Shown: positions 27,108-37,837 of the stretch, piece after piece | Position numbering within the stretch: position 1 is the stretch's first letter | Layout: each line of letters begins with the position of its first letter | Virus record (IMG/VR): IMGVR_UViG_3300003888_000077 | Coordinates: 1 to 59,315 of that record | Source of the DNA: a virus | Taxonomy: Duplodnaviria; Caudoviricetes | Length of the DNA: 59,315 nucleotides | Reading direction: 5' to 3' (one strand) | Notes under the pieces: generated by a model | Database searches by the model: none | The model's input: the letters and a program-made list of their open reading frames with translations, nothing else | What the model was told of the DNA's origin: nothing | Program-made: the position numbers and the translations under genes

Positions 27108-29460
27108 TGATGTCACCCCGGTACGCGGCCGCGCGCCTGGCGATGACTATTTCAGGCGCCAGGAGGAGACGATTGCCCAGCTTGGCACAGACGGCGCAGC
27201 CCAAGAGAACCCGCTCGACGACGAACAGGGGCGCAATCTGCACAGCAAGCTGCTGTCGTGGTTCTTCATGGAGCGCGAGAAGCAGTCGGTCAACCGCATG
27301 GAAATGGCGATGGACGCCGATTTCTACGACAACCTGCAATGGGACCCCCAGGATTCGCAGGACCTGCGTGACCGCGGCCAGATGCCGCTGGTCTACAACG
27401 AGGTCGCGCCCATGGTGGACTGGATCATCGGAACCGAGCGCCGCACCCGGGTGGACTGGTCCGTTCTGCCGCGCACCGAGGATGACGTAGAGGCGGCAAG
27501 CATCAAGACCAAGGTCTTGAAGTACGTCTCCGACATCAACCACTCCAGTTTTGCCCGGTCGCGCGCGTTCGGTGATGCCGTGAAGGCAGGGCTCGGGTGG
27601 ATCGACACCGGTGCCCGTGACGATCCGACCCAGGATGTGCTCTACGACAAGTATCAGGACTGGCGCCAGGTGCTCTACGATTCGGCCAGCTACGAACTGG
27701 ATTTGAGCGATGCCCGCTACATTTTCCGCTGGCGCTGGGTCGACGAGGATGTGGCCATTGCCATGTACCCGGAGCGCGAAATGCAGATCCGGCGTGCGGT
27801 CGAGAAGACTAACCACAACCGCGACATTTCGTGGGAGGAGGAGAACTGGCAGAACCAGAACACCCTGCAGTCGCGCCAGACCGGGCAGCTGTACGCATCC
27901 GGCACCGGCGTTTCCATCAACACCAAGCGCCGCCAGGTCAAGCTGATCGAAGCGCAGTACCGCATGCCGGTGACCACCAAGATCATCGCCAGCGGACCAC
28001 TCAAGGGTACGGTTGTCCACCCAACCGACACAACCCTGTTGAATGCGCACAAGAGCCTTGGTGGAGCCATCGTCGAAAAGGTGATCATGCGCGTGCACGT
28101 GTCGGTGTTCACCGAGGGCGACATGATCTGTGCGGACCAGTCCATCTACCGTCACAACCGGTTCAGCCTCACGCCGATCTGGTGCTACCGCCGCAGCCGC
28201 GACCGCATGCCGTATGGCGTCATTCGCCGCGTGCGCGACATCCAGCAGGACCTGAACAAGCGCGCCAGCAAGGCTCTGTTCATGCTGAACACCAACCAGA
28301 TCATTGTTGATGAAGGTGCCGTAGAGGATCTGGACATCCTGCGCGACGAGGCCGACCGGCCGGATGGGGTGATTGTCAAGAAGACAGGCAAGGAAGTCAC
28401 GATTCGTCGTGACACCGACGCCGCGACCGGCCAGCTGCAGATGATGACCATGGATGCACAAAGCATCCAGAAGTCGGCCGGCGTGGCCCAGGAGAACATG
28501 GGCCGCCAGACCAATGCCGTATCGGGCGAGGCCATCAAGGCGCGCCAGACACAGGGCTCGGTGGTCACCACAGAACCGTTCGACAACCTGCGCTTCGCCA
28601 CCCAGATTCATGGCGAGAACCTGCTGAGCCTGACCGAGCAGTTCTACACCGAGGAGAAGGTGATTCGGCTCACCGGCGCCAAGGGGGCCGTCGAATGGGT
28701 GTACGTCAACAAGCCCGAGCAGCAGCCGGATGGGTCCGTCCGCTACATCAACGACATCACCGCCTCGATGGCTGACTTTGTGGTGTCGGAGCAGGACTAC
28801 TCCGGAACGCTACGCCAGGTGATGTTTGACAGCATCAACCAGATGGCCAACCGCCTGCCGCCCGAGGTGTCATTGCGCGTGATGACCATCGCCATGGAAT
28901 TCTCTGACCTGCCGAACAAGGATGAAATTGCCGAGCAGTTCCGCAAGATCACCGGCGACAAGGACCCCAACAAGCAGCCGACGCCCGAGGAGCAACAGCA
29001 GGCGGCCCAGCAGGCGCAGGCCCAGGCCGAGGCCCTGCAGATGCAGCGCGAGACTGCAATGGCCGCCCTGGAAGAGGCGCGCGCCAAGGTGCGAGAAATC
29101 AACGCCAGGGCCGCCAAGCTGGAGGCTGATGCGAAGGCCGCCGGACAGGGTGGGGCGCTTCCGCCTGGCATGCAGGGCGCCATAACTCAGGTGCAGTCAC
29201 AGGCAGCCGAGCAGATGGACCAGCTGTCGCGCCAGTTGGCGGCAGCCCAGGCCGAACTGGCGAACCGCACGCTGGCCATCAACAAAGAGGCAGATACCAA
29301 GGTGGAGCTCGCCCACATTGACCGCGACACGCGGCTGCAGGTGGCCGAAATCAACAAGGCGAGCGAAAAGAAGCTGTCATCCCTGGAGGATCGCATCTCC
29401 GAGCTCGCGGCCATGGTCAAGGAGTTGACGCCAGCCAAGCCGTCCGAGAAGAAGGACTAA
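27100..29460 (+). CDS. Portal protein (P22-like)
   Basis: FYDNLQW, LVYNEV, YGVIRRVRDIQQDLNKRAS, SGEAIKARQ; long C-terminal coil. Confidence 0.92.
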   Translation: MFDDVTPVRGRAPGDDYFRRQEETIAQLGTDGAAQENPLDDEQGRNLHSKLLSWFFMEREKQSVNRMEMAMDADFYDNLQWDPQDSQDLRDRGQMPLVYNEVAPMVDWIIGTERRTRVDWSVLPRTEDDVEAASIKTKVLKYVSDINHSSFARSRAFGDAVKAGLGWIDTGARDDPTQDVLYDKYQDWRQVLYDSASYELDLSDARYIFRWRWVDEDVAIAMYPEREMQIRRAVEKTNHNRDISWEEENWQNQNTLQSRQTGQLYASGTGVSINTKRRQVKLIEAQYRMPVTTKIIASGPLKGTVVHPTDTTLLNAHKSLGGAIVEKVIMRVHVSVFTEGDMICADQSIYRHNRFSLTPIWCYRRSRDRMPYGVIRRVRDIQQDLNKRASKALFMLNTNQIIVDEGAVEDLDILRDEADRPDGVIVKKTGKEVTIRRDTDAATGQLQMMTMDAQSIQKSAGVAQENMGRQTNAVSGEAIKARQTQGSVVTTEPFDNLRFATQIHGENLLSLTEQFYTEEKVIRLTGAKGAVEWVYVNKPEQQPDGSVRYINDITASMADFVVSEQDYSGTLRQVMFDSINQMANRLPPEVSLRVMTIAMEFSDLPNKDEIAEQFRKITGDKDPNKQPTPEEQQQAAQQAQAQAEALQMQRETAMAALEEARAKVREINARAAKLEADAKAAGQGGALPPGMQGAITQVQSQAAEQMDQLSRQLAAAQAELANRTLAINKEADTKVELAHIDRDTRLQVAEINKASEKKLSSLEDRISELAAMVKELTPAKPSEKKD

Positions 29461-29513
29461 GGCAAAACCCGTGGCAAGCATGCCACATTCAACCCACTTT
29501 GAAGGAGTGAACC

Positions 29514-29705
29514 ATGGCAAAGAAGAGTTCTGGAATCGCGAAGGCTGCTGCGCCGACTGATTGGCGGGTCGAAAGCGACCTGAACACGATGATGGAAGCC
29601 GAGGCCATCGAGAACGATCCCAAGCGCCTCGCCGCCGTGCAGGCTCTGGCGAAGAAAAAGATGCTGGATATGGCGGCCCTCGCCAAGGAAAGCAAAGACG
29701 ACTGA
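29514..29705 (+). CDS. Small hypothetical protein
   Basis: AAGGAG RBS. Confidence 0.7.
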   Translation: MAKKSSGIAKAAAPTDWRVESDLNTMMEAEAIENDPKRLAAVQALAKKKMLDMAALAKESKDD

Positions 29706-29729
29706 TTTTCAACCACCAAAGGACAGAGC

Positions 29730-30770
29730 ATGAGTTCTACCGCAGCTGCTGCCGGCGCCGCCGCCAGTACAACCACTTCCACAACAGCACACCTCGACCA
29801 GGACGCACTGGCGAACCTCACGCCCGAGGAGCGCGCCGCCTTCGATGACCAAGAGTATTCGCAAGCCGAAATCAACGCCCTTCGGCGCTTGGCCGGTGAC
29901 GGTGGAGACGACGATGGCGACCCCGACGAGGTTTTGGATGCCAACGGAAAACCGGTAACGGGTGATGGCAAAACCGAATCTGGCGGCGATGCTGACGCTG
30001 CAGCTGCTGCTGGCACCGATGGCGCTGGGGCTGGTGAGGGCAAAGCAGTCGAGCAAGCTGGCTCCGCTGCGACCGAGACGGTGGCTCCGGCCACGTCCAA
30101 GGTGGTTGTGCAGCCTGCGAGCTACCAGGCCGAGCTGCCTGCCGACTATGACGCCCGCGTGCAGTCCGTTGCTGAACGTGCCGCTGCGCTGCGCACCCAG
30201 TTCAAGGCCGGAGAAATCGACCTCGATAGCTTCCTGGAGCAGAACGCAGCCATTGACAGTGAGCGCCAGGAACTGACGCTGGCGCGTTCGAAAGTGGAAA
30301 TTTCCAAGGAAATGACCACGCAGAACGCTGCGGCCATGTGGACCAACGCAGTCAACTCGTTCTATGACACCGTGAAGACGGGCGAGGGCGTGGATTACCG
30401 CACTGATGCCACACGCCAGGCCGATCTGGATCACTTCGTCAAGGCGCTCGCCAACAACCCGGCCAATGAAGCGCAGAGCATGGACTGGTTCTTGTCCGAG
30501 GCTCACAAGCGCGTGAATGCCCTGCACGGCACCATGCCGGCGCCAGCAGCACCTGCCAAAAAGGCAGAAGACAAGCCGGCGCCAGCCGCCCCAGCCCCAC
30601 GCACTCCGCCGGCGGCGCCCCGCGGCCTGTCGCAGATTCCTGGCGGCGAAGGCCCGGGCGATGTCGGCAGCGAATTTGCGCACCTGGATGCACTCGATGG
30701 CAATGACCTTGAGGCGGCCATTGCGCGCATGTCTCCTGCGCAGCGCGAGAAGTACGCTCGGGGTGGCTGA
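29730..30770 (+). CDS. Putative scaffolding protein
   Basis: Acidic, coiled, between portal and capsid; C-term MSPAQREKY. Confidence 0.75.
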   Translation: MSSTAAAAGAAASTTTSTTAHLDQDALANLTPEERAAFDDQEYSQAEINALRRLAGDGGDDDGDPDEVLDANGKPVTGDGKTESGGDADAAAAAGTDGAGAGEGKAVEQAGSAATETVAPATSKVVVQPASYQAELPADYDARVQSVAERAAALRTQFKAGEIDLDSFLEQNAAIDSERQELTLARSKVEISKEMTTQNAAAMWTNAVNSFYDTVKTGEGVDYRTDATRQADLDHFVKALANNPANEAQSMDWFLSEAHKRVNALHGTMPAPAAPAKKAEDKPAPAAPAPRTPPAAPRGLSQIPGGEGPGDVGSEFAHLDALDGNDLEAAIARMSPAQREKYARGG

Positions 30771-30775
30771 CAGCA

Positions 30776-30976
30776 ATGCAGACGACCAGTTGCTTCGTTG
30801 ATGTCAGGGTTGGAGAGACGCTGAAAGTCTCCGGCCCTGCGTCGATTGAACTGCTTCACAAAAGCGGCCAGCTGGCCAGGCTGCGCATCACGGCCGCACT
30901 TGATGTTGTTGTGTCAAAGACACCGACTCCTGCTATGCAGGGTCGTGACAAGCATGCTCTAGTAGAGCCCAGCTGA
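30776..30976 (+). CDS. Small hypothetical protein
   Basis: VRVGETL...KSGQLARLRI. Confidence 0.6.
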   Translation: MQTTSCFVDVRVGETLKVSGPASIELLHKSGQLARLRITAALDVVVSKTPTPAMQGRDKHALVEPS

Positions 30977-31036
30977 AAAGCTAAATGATGGTGCGCAGGA
31001 GTGCTCCAAAAAGTAACCAACTTTTAGGAGTAATCC

Positions 31037-32152
31037 ATGGCACGGACCATTATTGGCGTAAATGACCCGAAGGCGGTAAAGCGTTGGGCTGGCTTGCTGG
31101 CCTACGACACCAGCCAGAAGTCCTATTTCAACCAGCGCTTCATGGCGCGCGGCGCAGAAGCCGAAGTTCCCATTCAAATCCTGACCGACCTGGAGTCGGA
31201 TGCCGGCGAGCAAATCAGCTATGACCTGTTGGCCGAGCTGCGCATGGCCCCGGTCGAAGGTGAAGACATCTTGGAAGGCAAGGAAGAAGCACAGCGCTTC
31301 TACTCCGATTCCATCTACATCGACCAGGCTCGCTGCGGTGTGAACACCGGCGGCCGTATGACCCGCAAGCGCACGCTGAACGACCTGCGCGAGAAGGCCA
31401 AGCGCCAGCAATCCAGCTGGTGGGCTCGCCTGCAGGACGAACTGCTGTTCATCTACCTGTCTGGCGCCCGCGGCGTCAACGCCAACTTCCTGTTGCCCAT
31501 CGGCTATACCGGCCGGGCCAGCAATGCCCTGGTGTCGCCTGACACCAACCACACGCTGTACGGCAATGTGGCCACCGCGTTCAACAACATCGCGTCTACC
31601 GACAAGATGGACCTGCGTCTGATTGACCGCGCCAAGACCAAGGCCGATGCACAGGGCGGTGGCGCCACCAACATCCCGGTCCTGCAGCCCTGCAAGATCG
31701 ACGGCCAGGAAACTTTTGTCTGCGTGATGCACACCTTCCAAGAGGATGACTTGCGCAGCAACACGAACACCGGTCAGTGGCTCGACATCCAGAAGGCAGC
31801 CGCAGCTGCAGAAGGCCGCAACAACCCCATGTTCAAGGGCTCGCTGGGCATGTACCGCGGTTGCATCTTGCACAGCCACCGCAACGTCGTGCGCTTCAAC
31901 ACCGCCGGCGCCGGTGCCAACGTGGAAGCTGCCCGCGCCCTGTTCCTGGGCTCCCAGGCCGGTGTGATGGCCTTCGGCTCACCCGGCACCAACCTGCGTT
32001 TCGACTGGAACGAGGAAACCCGTGACAACGGCGACAAGGTTGTGATTTCCACCTCTTCCATCTTCGGTGTGAAGAAGGTGACTTTCACCACTGAAACCGG
32101 TGCCAATGACTTCGGTGTGTTCTCCCTGGACACCGCCGCTGCCAGCCGCTAA
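31037..32152 (+). CDS. Major capsid protein, N4-gp56/DUF4043 type
   Basis: AVKRWA, LEGKEE, IDQAR, DLREKAK, NNPMFKGSLG, DFGV; AGGAG RBS. Confidence 0.9.
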   Translation: MARTIIGVNDPKAVKRWAGLLAYDTSQKSYFNQRFMARGAEAEVPIQILTDLESDAGEQISYDLLAELRMAPVEGEDILEGKEEAQRFYSDSIYIDQARCGVNTGGRMTRKRTLNDLREKAKRQQSSWWARLQDELLFIYLSGARGVNANFLLPIGYTGRASNALVSPDTNHTLYGNVATAFNNIASTDKMDLRLIDRAKTKADAQGGGATNIPVLQPCKIDGQETFVCVMHTFQEDDLRSNTNTGQWLDIQKAAAAAEGRNNPMFKGSLGMYRGCILHSHRNVVRFNTAGAGANVEAARALFLGSQAGVMAFGSPGTNLRFDWNEETRDNGDKVVISTSSIFGVKKVTFTTETGANDFGVFSLDTAAASR

Positions 32153-32180
32153 GCCAACCAGCCATTAAGGAGTAAACACC

Positions 32181-32672
32181 ATGGCCTTTTCTGCTTCTGC
32201 TCAGGCGTCGAACGACTTCCTGACCGGCCGCAAGCCGGTTCCCAATGCTGCTGGTATTGAACTGATCGCACAGCGCTTCTCCATCAACCTGACCACGGCA
32301 GACCTGGCCAACGGCGTCATCGGCGCTGTCGGTTTGCTGCCAGCAGGCCACCTCCCGGTGGCGTTTGAAGTTGATGCGTCCCAGCTCGATTCCAACGGCG
32401 CGCCCACGCTGGCCTATTCCATCGGCATCTTGAATGCCGCTGGCACCGCACTGTCTACCGCTGCAGCTGATGGCGGCGCTGCCTGGGCCACCGGCCAGAC
32501 AACTGGCCGCACGGCCGGTGGTTCTGCCTCTGGCCTGATCGCCAGCCGCCCCATGAAAACTGCAGTGCAGAGCACTACGGCAGACCGCCAAATCGCGATC
32601 TTGCTGACGGCTGCGGCCGCCACGGCCGTCGCTGGTGACTTCAACCTCACCCTCTATTACCGCGCAGCCTGA
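32181..32672 (+). CDS. Putative capsid decoration or minor capsid protein
   Basis: Follows the capsid gene; AAGGAG RBS; beta-rich. Confidence 0.65.
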   Translation: MAFSASAQASNDFLTGRKPVPNAAGIELIAQRFSINLTTADLANGVIGAVGLLPAGHLPVAFEVDASQLDSNGAPTLAYSIGILNAAGTALSTAAADGGAAWATGQTTGRTAGGSASGLIASRPMKTAVQSTTADRQIAILLTAAAATAVAGDFNLTLYYRAA

Positions 32673-32706
32673 TTGGACGTTTGAGCCTTCCTTGGTCGAA
32701 AGCATT

Positions 32707-32737
32707 CAGGGGAGGCCTTCGCTTCCCCTGTTTTTTT
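32707..32737 (+). terminator. Intrinsic terminator after the capsid genes
   Basis: CAGGGGAGG...CTTCCCCTG plus T7. Confidence 0.85.
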
Positions 32738-32747
32738 GGAGTGAAAC

Positions 32748-33131
32748 ATGAAACTTGAAACTACCATCGCCCCGCGCCTTGACGGCACCGTGATTGTCCA
32801 TGGCCTGGATGGTCAAGATCACGTTTTCGAACCTGACGGTTCTGGCGTGCTCACTTGCGAAGTCGCCAATGACAAGACCGTTGCACACCTGCTGCGCCAG
32901 GGGGACAACTTCTTCCCGGCGGACGAGGCCGACTTCGACCGTGCCGAGGCGCTGATTGGCAATGCCGCTTCCGTCAAGCAAGGTGGACCCACTGCTGCTG
33001 GCCAGGATGCCGGCGGAGAGGTAGATGCTGATGGCGACGACAAGGTAGACCAGAACGCATTGCCGGTTGAGGCCAGTACGCCTCCTGCACCTGCAAAGGC
33101 CAAGACCGCTCGCGGCCGCAAGGCGGCCTAG
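32748..33131 (+). CDS. Hypothetical virion-module protein
   Basis: GGAG RBS; operon position. Confidence 0.7.
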   Translation: MKLETTIAPRLDGTVIVHGLDGQDHVFEPDGSGVLTCEVANDKTVAHLLRQGDNFFPADEADFDRAEALIGNAASVKQGGPTAAGQDAGGEVDADGDDKVDQNALPVEASTPPAPAKAKTARGRKAA

Positions 33132-33147
33132 TTTCACCTGACGCGCG

Positions 33148-33765
33148 ATGAAAGCCTGGTCGAGCTTCTACCCGGACTTGCTTGTGCACGTCCCAGGCTG
33201 CCCGGATCCGGTGGCAGACCATGAGCTGCGCCGCGCGTCTCGTGAATTCTTCCGGCGTACACGCGCATGGGCCATGTGGCTTGATGCCGTGACCGTCTCC
33301 GCTGGAACCAGAACCTATGACTTAGACCTTCCCCAGGACGCGCAAGTCGTGCGCATGGAGAAGGCAACGGTCAATGGCCAGCCCCTCGATGTCATGTCCA
33401 TCACGCAGCTGAACACGGACATCGACACCGATCCGATTGACAAGCCTGGCCTGACGACGGTTGACCGGTCCACCTTTACCGTTACCGAGGGCTACCCGGA
33501 TGGCGCCCAGATCAAGGTGCGCGTCTCGCTGATGCCTACCCGGTCGGCATACGGCATCCCCGATGAACTGTTTTACCGGTATAGCGAAGACATCGTGCAG
33601 GGCGCGAAGGCCAAGCTGATGCTGTACCCAAACACCGACTTCTACAACGAGAAGTTGGCATTCATCGCTGCCGCAGAGTTTGAGTCCGCCATCAACAACA
33701 AGGCCGTCGATGTGTGGCGCGGTGGCACTGGGAAAACGCCGCGCGCCAGGCTGCGGCTCTGCTGA
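33148..33765 (+). CDS. Head-tail adaptor-like protein
   Basis: VPGCPDP..LRRASREF..RTRAW; position. Confidence 0.7.
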   Translation: MKAWSSFYPDLLVHVPGCPDPVADHELRRASREFFRRTRAWAMWLDAVTVSAGTRTYDLDLPQDAQVVRMEKATVNGQPLDVMSITQLNTDIDTDPIDKPGLTTVDRSTFTVTEGYPDGAQIKVRVSLMPTRSAYGIPDELFYRYSEDIVQGAKAKLMLYPNTDFYNEKLAFIAAAEFESAINNKAVDVWRGGTGKTPRARLRLC

Positions 33766-33780
33766 TACCGGGAGAGCACC

Positions 33781-34410
33781 ATGACTTTCCCCGCCCAACT
33801 CCTGCTGCAAGAGGCGTCGATAGCCCTGCAGGACACCGACCGCATCCGATGGACAGCGCCTGAGCTCGTCAAGTATCTCAACGCTGGAATCAAGGTTCTG
33901 ATCACCAAGCGGCCCGACGCCAACCCGAAGAAGGCCGAATTTGTGCCAGCACGTGGAGCCCGACAGGCCCTGCCTGACGAGGCCGTGGCCTTCATTGATG
34001 TGATTGGCAACACCGAAGGAACCCAGCGCTCGATTACCAAGGTCGATATCGGTCTGCTCAATGCGTTCAACCGCGACTGGCAGAGTGGCCGGCAGCTTCC
34101 GGTGGCGCGTCATTTCAGCTTCGACCTGCGCGACCCGCGCACGTTCTACCTTGAGCCGCCATCCAACGGCGCGGGGAAGATCGACATTCTCTACAGCGTG
34201 TTCCCTGCTGACCTGGCAACCGATGCGGATGATGTTCCGCTCAACGTCCAGTGGCGCAGCGCGCTTCTCAACTATGTCCTGGGCAGGGCTTACGCCAAGG
34301 ACGCTGAATACGGCGGCAATGCGGCAGCCGCTGCCGCGTACATGAACGCTTTCGCCAGTGACATCGGCGAGCAGCTCCAGTCCTCGACCGCCGTTGTTCC
34401 CACATCTTGA
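33781..34410 (+). CDS. Adaptor-like protein (DUF6682-like)
   Basis: LQD..RWT..EL..YLN..RPDA; ALLNYVLGRAYAKDAE. Confidence 0.72.
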   Translation: MTFPAQLLLQEASIALQDTDRIRWTAPELVKYLNAGIKVLITKRPDANPKKAEFVPARGARQALPDEAVAFIDVIGNTEGTQRSITKVDIGLLNAFNRDWQSGRQLPVARHFSFDLRDPRTFYLEPPSNGAGKIDILYSVFPADLATDADDVPLNVQWRSALLNYVLGRAYAKDAEYGGNAAAAAAYMNAFASDIGEQLQSSTAVVPTS

Positions 34411-34421
34411 AGGAGACTTGA

Positions 34422-34829
34422 ATGCCCGGCTTTTCCACATCCCTTGCCAACGATGTCGCCAACTCTACGTTGCGCGGCACGGCCTTTCCGACCTACAACA
34501 ACCTGAAATTCGCCCTTTTCACGGCCGATCCGACCGACGCCTTCACGGCCGGCACGGAGGTGGCCGCGGGCTGGTATGCCCGCATTGACGCTGGCGCCTT
34601 CGCTGCACCGACCAACGGCGTCACCTTCAACAGCGCGCGCCGGGAGTTCGCACCGGTTACCGGTGCGCCCATCACGGTGACCCACATTGGCGTAGTGGGT
34701 GATCGCAACGGAACGCCAACGCTGATGTACAGCGAAGCCCTGCCGGCGCCGCGTCTGATGAATATCAATGACGTGTACGTGGTGGACTCCACCACGCTGT
34801 CGGGCGATTTCACGCTGAATTTCCTGTAA
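34422..34829 (+). CDS. Tail or fibre-associated structural protein
   Basis: ALFTADPTD..EV...YAR; VTHIGV. Confidence 0.7.
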   Translation: MPGFSTSLANDVANSTLRGTAFPTYNNLKFALFTADPTDAFTAGTEVAAGWYARIDAGAFAAPTNGVTFNSARREFAPVTGAPITVTHIGVVGDRNGTPTLMYSEALPAPRLMNINDVYVVDSTTLSGDFTLNFL

Positions 34830-34844
34830 AGCTGCAGGGCTGGC

Positions 34845-35720
34845 ATGCTCAACCACTTTGCCATCAACGGCGGCGCGCTGAACGCCGATGTGCTGGACAA
34901 CACGATCCGCACATTGGTGAACAGCTACGCCCGGGCCTACATCACGGTGACGCCGCGGGTGCTGGGCTACCTGAAAGTGACGAGCAACGCCAAGGCCCAG
35001 GCATCCGGCACGCTGGGCTTTGTACGCGAGCCAGGTTATCTATACACGCCGATCACCAGCAGCCCGAGCGCGCAGATCGTACATAAGCCAAAGGTGCTGA
35101 TGCGCCATGCGCTGAACGCAGCCGCACGGGCCAGCATTGCCCTGACTGGCATGGCCATCGCAAACCCGGTGCGTGCTGCCGTTACCAGCAATCCAAGCGC
35201 ACAGGTGACCGTCAAGGCGCGCACGCTGCTGCGCAATGCCCTGACAAGCCAGCCGCGCGTACAGGCTGCCATCACGCCCCGCGTGCTGCGCCGACAGCCG
35301 GTGCAGTCCCATCCGCGTGCCCAGGTGGTGGTCAACACAAACGTGATCCGTCTTGGTGTGTTCGACAAGCCTGCTATCGCTGAATACACCTTCACGGTGC
35401 CATTCTGTCCCAACAAGTTCACTGTGGGCAATGACATGAGAATCGCAACCATCGAAAAGCAACCGCGTGACGTGCGCGACTACGACATCAATTTCGGTGA
35501 CTCCGAGTGGGGATTCCCGGATGGAGATGTCATCACGTCCGTGCAGGTGACGGCCGACAAAGCCGGCATGGATTTGACCTATGCCTATTCGGGCCTGGTG
35601 GCAAAGATTTGGGCTGGCAGCGGCACCGACAAGGTGACCTACAAGGTGACCGTCCTGGCCACCACCAACAACGGCCGCGCCCAAGAGGTTGAGCTGATCT
35701 TCAAGGTGAAGGACCGCTAA
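34845..35720 (+). CDS. Structural protein: repeat-rich N-terminus plus adaptor-like C-terminal domain
   Basis: NHFAINGGALN; C-term KQPRDVRDYDI...YKVTVLATT..GR. Confidence 0.65.
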   Translation: MLNHFAINGGALNADVLDNTIRTLVNSYARAYITVTPRVLGYLKVTSNAKAQASGTLGFVREPGYLYTPITSSPSAQIVHKPKVLMRHALNAAARASIALTGMAIANPVRAAVTSNPSAQVTVKARTLLRNALTSQPRVQAAITPRVLRRQPVQSHPRAQVVVNTNVIRLGVFDKPAIAEYTFTVPFCPNKFTVGNDMRIATIEKQPRDVRDYDINFGDSEWGFPDGDVITSVQVTADKAGMDLTYAYSGLVAKIWAGSGTDKVTYKVTVLATTNNGRAQEVELIFKVKDR

Positions 35721-35722
35721 CC

Positions 35723-37330
35723 ATGGCAAACCAGCTTTTCCTGAACAACTTTGAAACGACACTGGTTTACCCGGTGGCGCCTGGCGATACCAGCATCCGC
35801 ATCAACAACGCCGCCAGCGGCGTGCTGCTGAACCCAACCGGAGGCGATTACTACCTGCTGACCACGCTGAAACGCTCTGGATCGGTGGAAACGCAGCTGG
35901 AAATAATGAAGGTGACGGCGGTGGACCTGGCGCTGCACCCCGGCGAGGTAACGCTGACCGTTGTGCGATCCCAGGAAGGTACGACTGCACAGACCTACAT
36001 CGCTGGCGACTACATAGCGCTGCGAATGACCAAGGGCGGCATCAGCAATTTCCAGCAGGTATCAGCCATGGCTGCATCCGTGCTGGGCCAGGTGCTTACC
36101 GGTCTGGCGCTTGCGTCCAATGCCGTCATTACATCTAGCGACAACATTTTGTCCGCACTTGGAAAGCTACAGAAGCAGATTGTTGACCTTTCTGCATTGG
36201 TTTTGCCGGGTTTAGAAGTGCAAGCGCATGCAGCAGCGAGCAAGGCAACACCTGTTGATTCCGACGAGCTACCACTGGTTGATAGCGCGGCGTCGAACAT
36301 GCTCAAGAAGCTGACTTGGGCAAACCTCAAGGCAACGCTAAAAACCTACTTCGACTTGCTGTACGCCCCCGCTGGTTATAGCGGTGCAGCGGGTTTCCGA
36401 AACGTTATCGTCAATGGCCGCATGGAGGTTGACCAGGAACACGCGGGAGCCGCGCAGACTTTCACAGCCGGCGGAGAGCTGTCCTACTGCGTTGACCAGT
36501 TTTACGGCTTTTGCACAGGGGCGAACATTACCGGTCAGCAGGTAGCCGGACCCGTGGCGAATTCGTTCCGCTACCGATTCACTGGGGCCGCATCAAATAC
36601 AGGAGTCGGGTTCGGAACTCGCCTGGAGGCCGCATCCACGGCACACATGGCGTCAGGCAGCGCGGCGGTTCAGTACAAAATTTCATCAAGTTCGCTGACT
36701 TCAATCACGTGGACTGCTTACTACGCTACGACTAAAGACACTTTTGGCACGCTGGCCAGTCCGACACGAACGCAGATCGCAACAGGAACGTGGACGATCA
36801 GCAGCACCGAAGCCATCTACACGGCGAGCGTTTCTGTCCCGTCAGGTGCCACTACGGGAATTGAAATTGTGCTCACGGGAGGCGCGCTATTGAGCGGGCA
36901 GACGCTGACTATTGGTGATGTGCAATACGAGGCTGGAACGACCACGGCGGTCGAGATTGTCCCACCCGGCTTGGTACTTAACCAGTGCAAGCGTTTCTAC
37001 ACATCGACGTTCAGCAAAGGAACTGCCGTCGCGCAGAACGCAGGGATCAATACCGGTGAACTGTATTGCCCGGTCTATGTGGCTGGAATATCTCAAAGCA
37101 CCGTCAACTGGCAATTTCCAACACAGATGCGGGCAACGCCGACGATCACTGCATATAGCCCAGGTGCAGCATCTTCAAGCTTCTGGAACAGATCTCAGAG
37201 TATCGCTTCTGGCGCCGCGACAACATTCAATCCATCCGTGAACGGTGTGACTGTCACCAATCAACAGGCAGCAGGTGATGTCCAAGGCAACAACTGCGGC
37301 ATTCACCTTTCAGCGAACGCGAGGCTTTGA
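35723..37330 (+). CDS. Tail fibre / receptor-binding protein
   Basis: FLNNFETTL..EIMKVTA..TVVRSQEGT; FRNVIVNGRMEVDQ; QCKRFY. Confidence 0.82.
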   Translation: MANQLFLNNFETTLVYPVAPGDTSIRINNAASGVLLNPTGGDYYLLTTLKRSGSVETQLEIMKVTAVDLALHPGEVTLTVVRSQEGTTAQTYIAGDYIALRMTKGGISNFQQVSAMAASVLGQVLTGLALASNAVITSSDNILSALGKLQKQIVDLSALVLPGLEVQAHAAASKATPVDSDELPLVDSAASNMLKKLTWANLKATLKTYFDLLYAPAGYSGAAGFRNVIVNGRMEVDQEHAGAAQTFTAGGELSYCVDQFYGFCTGANITGQQVAGPVANSFRYRFTGAASNTGVGFGTRLEAASTAHMASGSAAVQYKISSSSLTSITWTAYYATTKDTFGTLASPTRTQIATGTWTISSTEAIYTASVSVPSGATTGIEIVLTGGALLSGQTLTIGDVQYEAGTTTAVEIVPPGLVLNQCKRFYTSTFSKGTAVAQNAGINTGELYCPVYVAGISQSTVNWQFPTQMRATPTITAYSPGAASSSFWNRSQSIASGAATTFNPSVNGVTVTNQQAAGDVQGNNCGIHLSANARL

Positions 37331-37331
37331 T

Positions 37332-37832
37332 ATGTACAGACTTACCGATGGATCGTCTTCGATCATTCGGCTATCTGACGGCGCCAGTATTCCAGCTGAC
37401 CCGTTGAATACCGACTACATAGCCTACATCCGATGGCTCGAAACCGGGAACTCTCCGCTACCAGCGGTGACTTTTTCGCTGGAAGACGCAAAGGCTGCAA
37501 AAAATGTGCAGATCAACTCCTGGCGCGAGGCTGCAAACCTGACAACGTTTACCCACGTTGGCAAGCGAGTGGCCTGCGACCGGTTGAGTCGCAGTGACAT
37601 TGACGGTGTAGCCGGTGAAATCACATTGAACGGATCCTTCCCGGAAGGATTCCCTGGTGCCTGGAAGGCAACAGACAACACATACATCCCGCTTCCAGAT
37701 ATCGCCGCTTTCAAAGCCATGTACTCCAGTATGACGGCCCAGGGAACCGCGAATTTCGTCCATTCGCAGTTACTGAAGGCTGAACTGGCTGCTGCGACGA
37801 CCCTGGATCAAGTCAACGCCATCACCTGGTAG
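37332..37832 (+). CDS. Tail-fibre assembly protein (DUF4376-like)
   Basis: IPADPLNTDY; WKATDN; VNAITW. Confidence 0.75.
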   Translation: MYRLTDGSSSIIRLSDGASIPADPLNTDYIAYIRWLETGNSPLPAVTFSLEDAKAAKNVQINSWREAANLTTFTHVGKRVACDRLSRSDIDGVAGEITLNGSFPEGFPGAWKATDNTYIPLPDIAAFKAMYSSMTAQGTANFVHSQLLKAELAAATTLDQVNAITW

Positions 37833-37837
37833 TTGCT

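Noticed and set aside
35723-37330. Tail fibre as a DGR target
   Set aside because: Its 3' end shows no similarity to the TR
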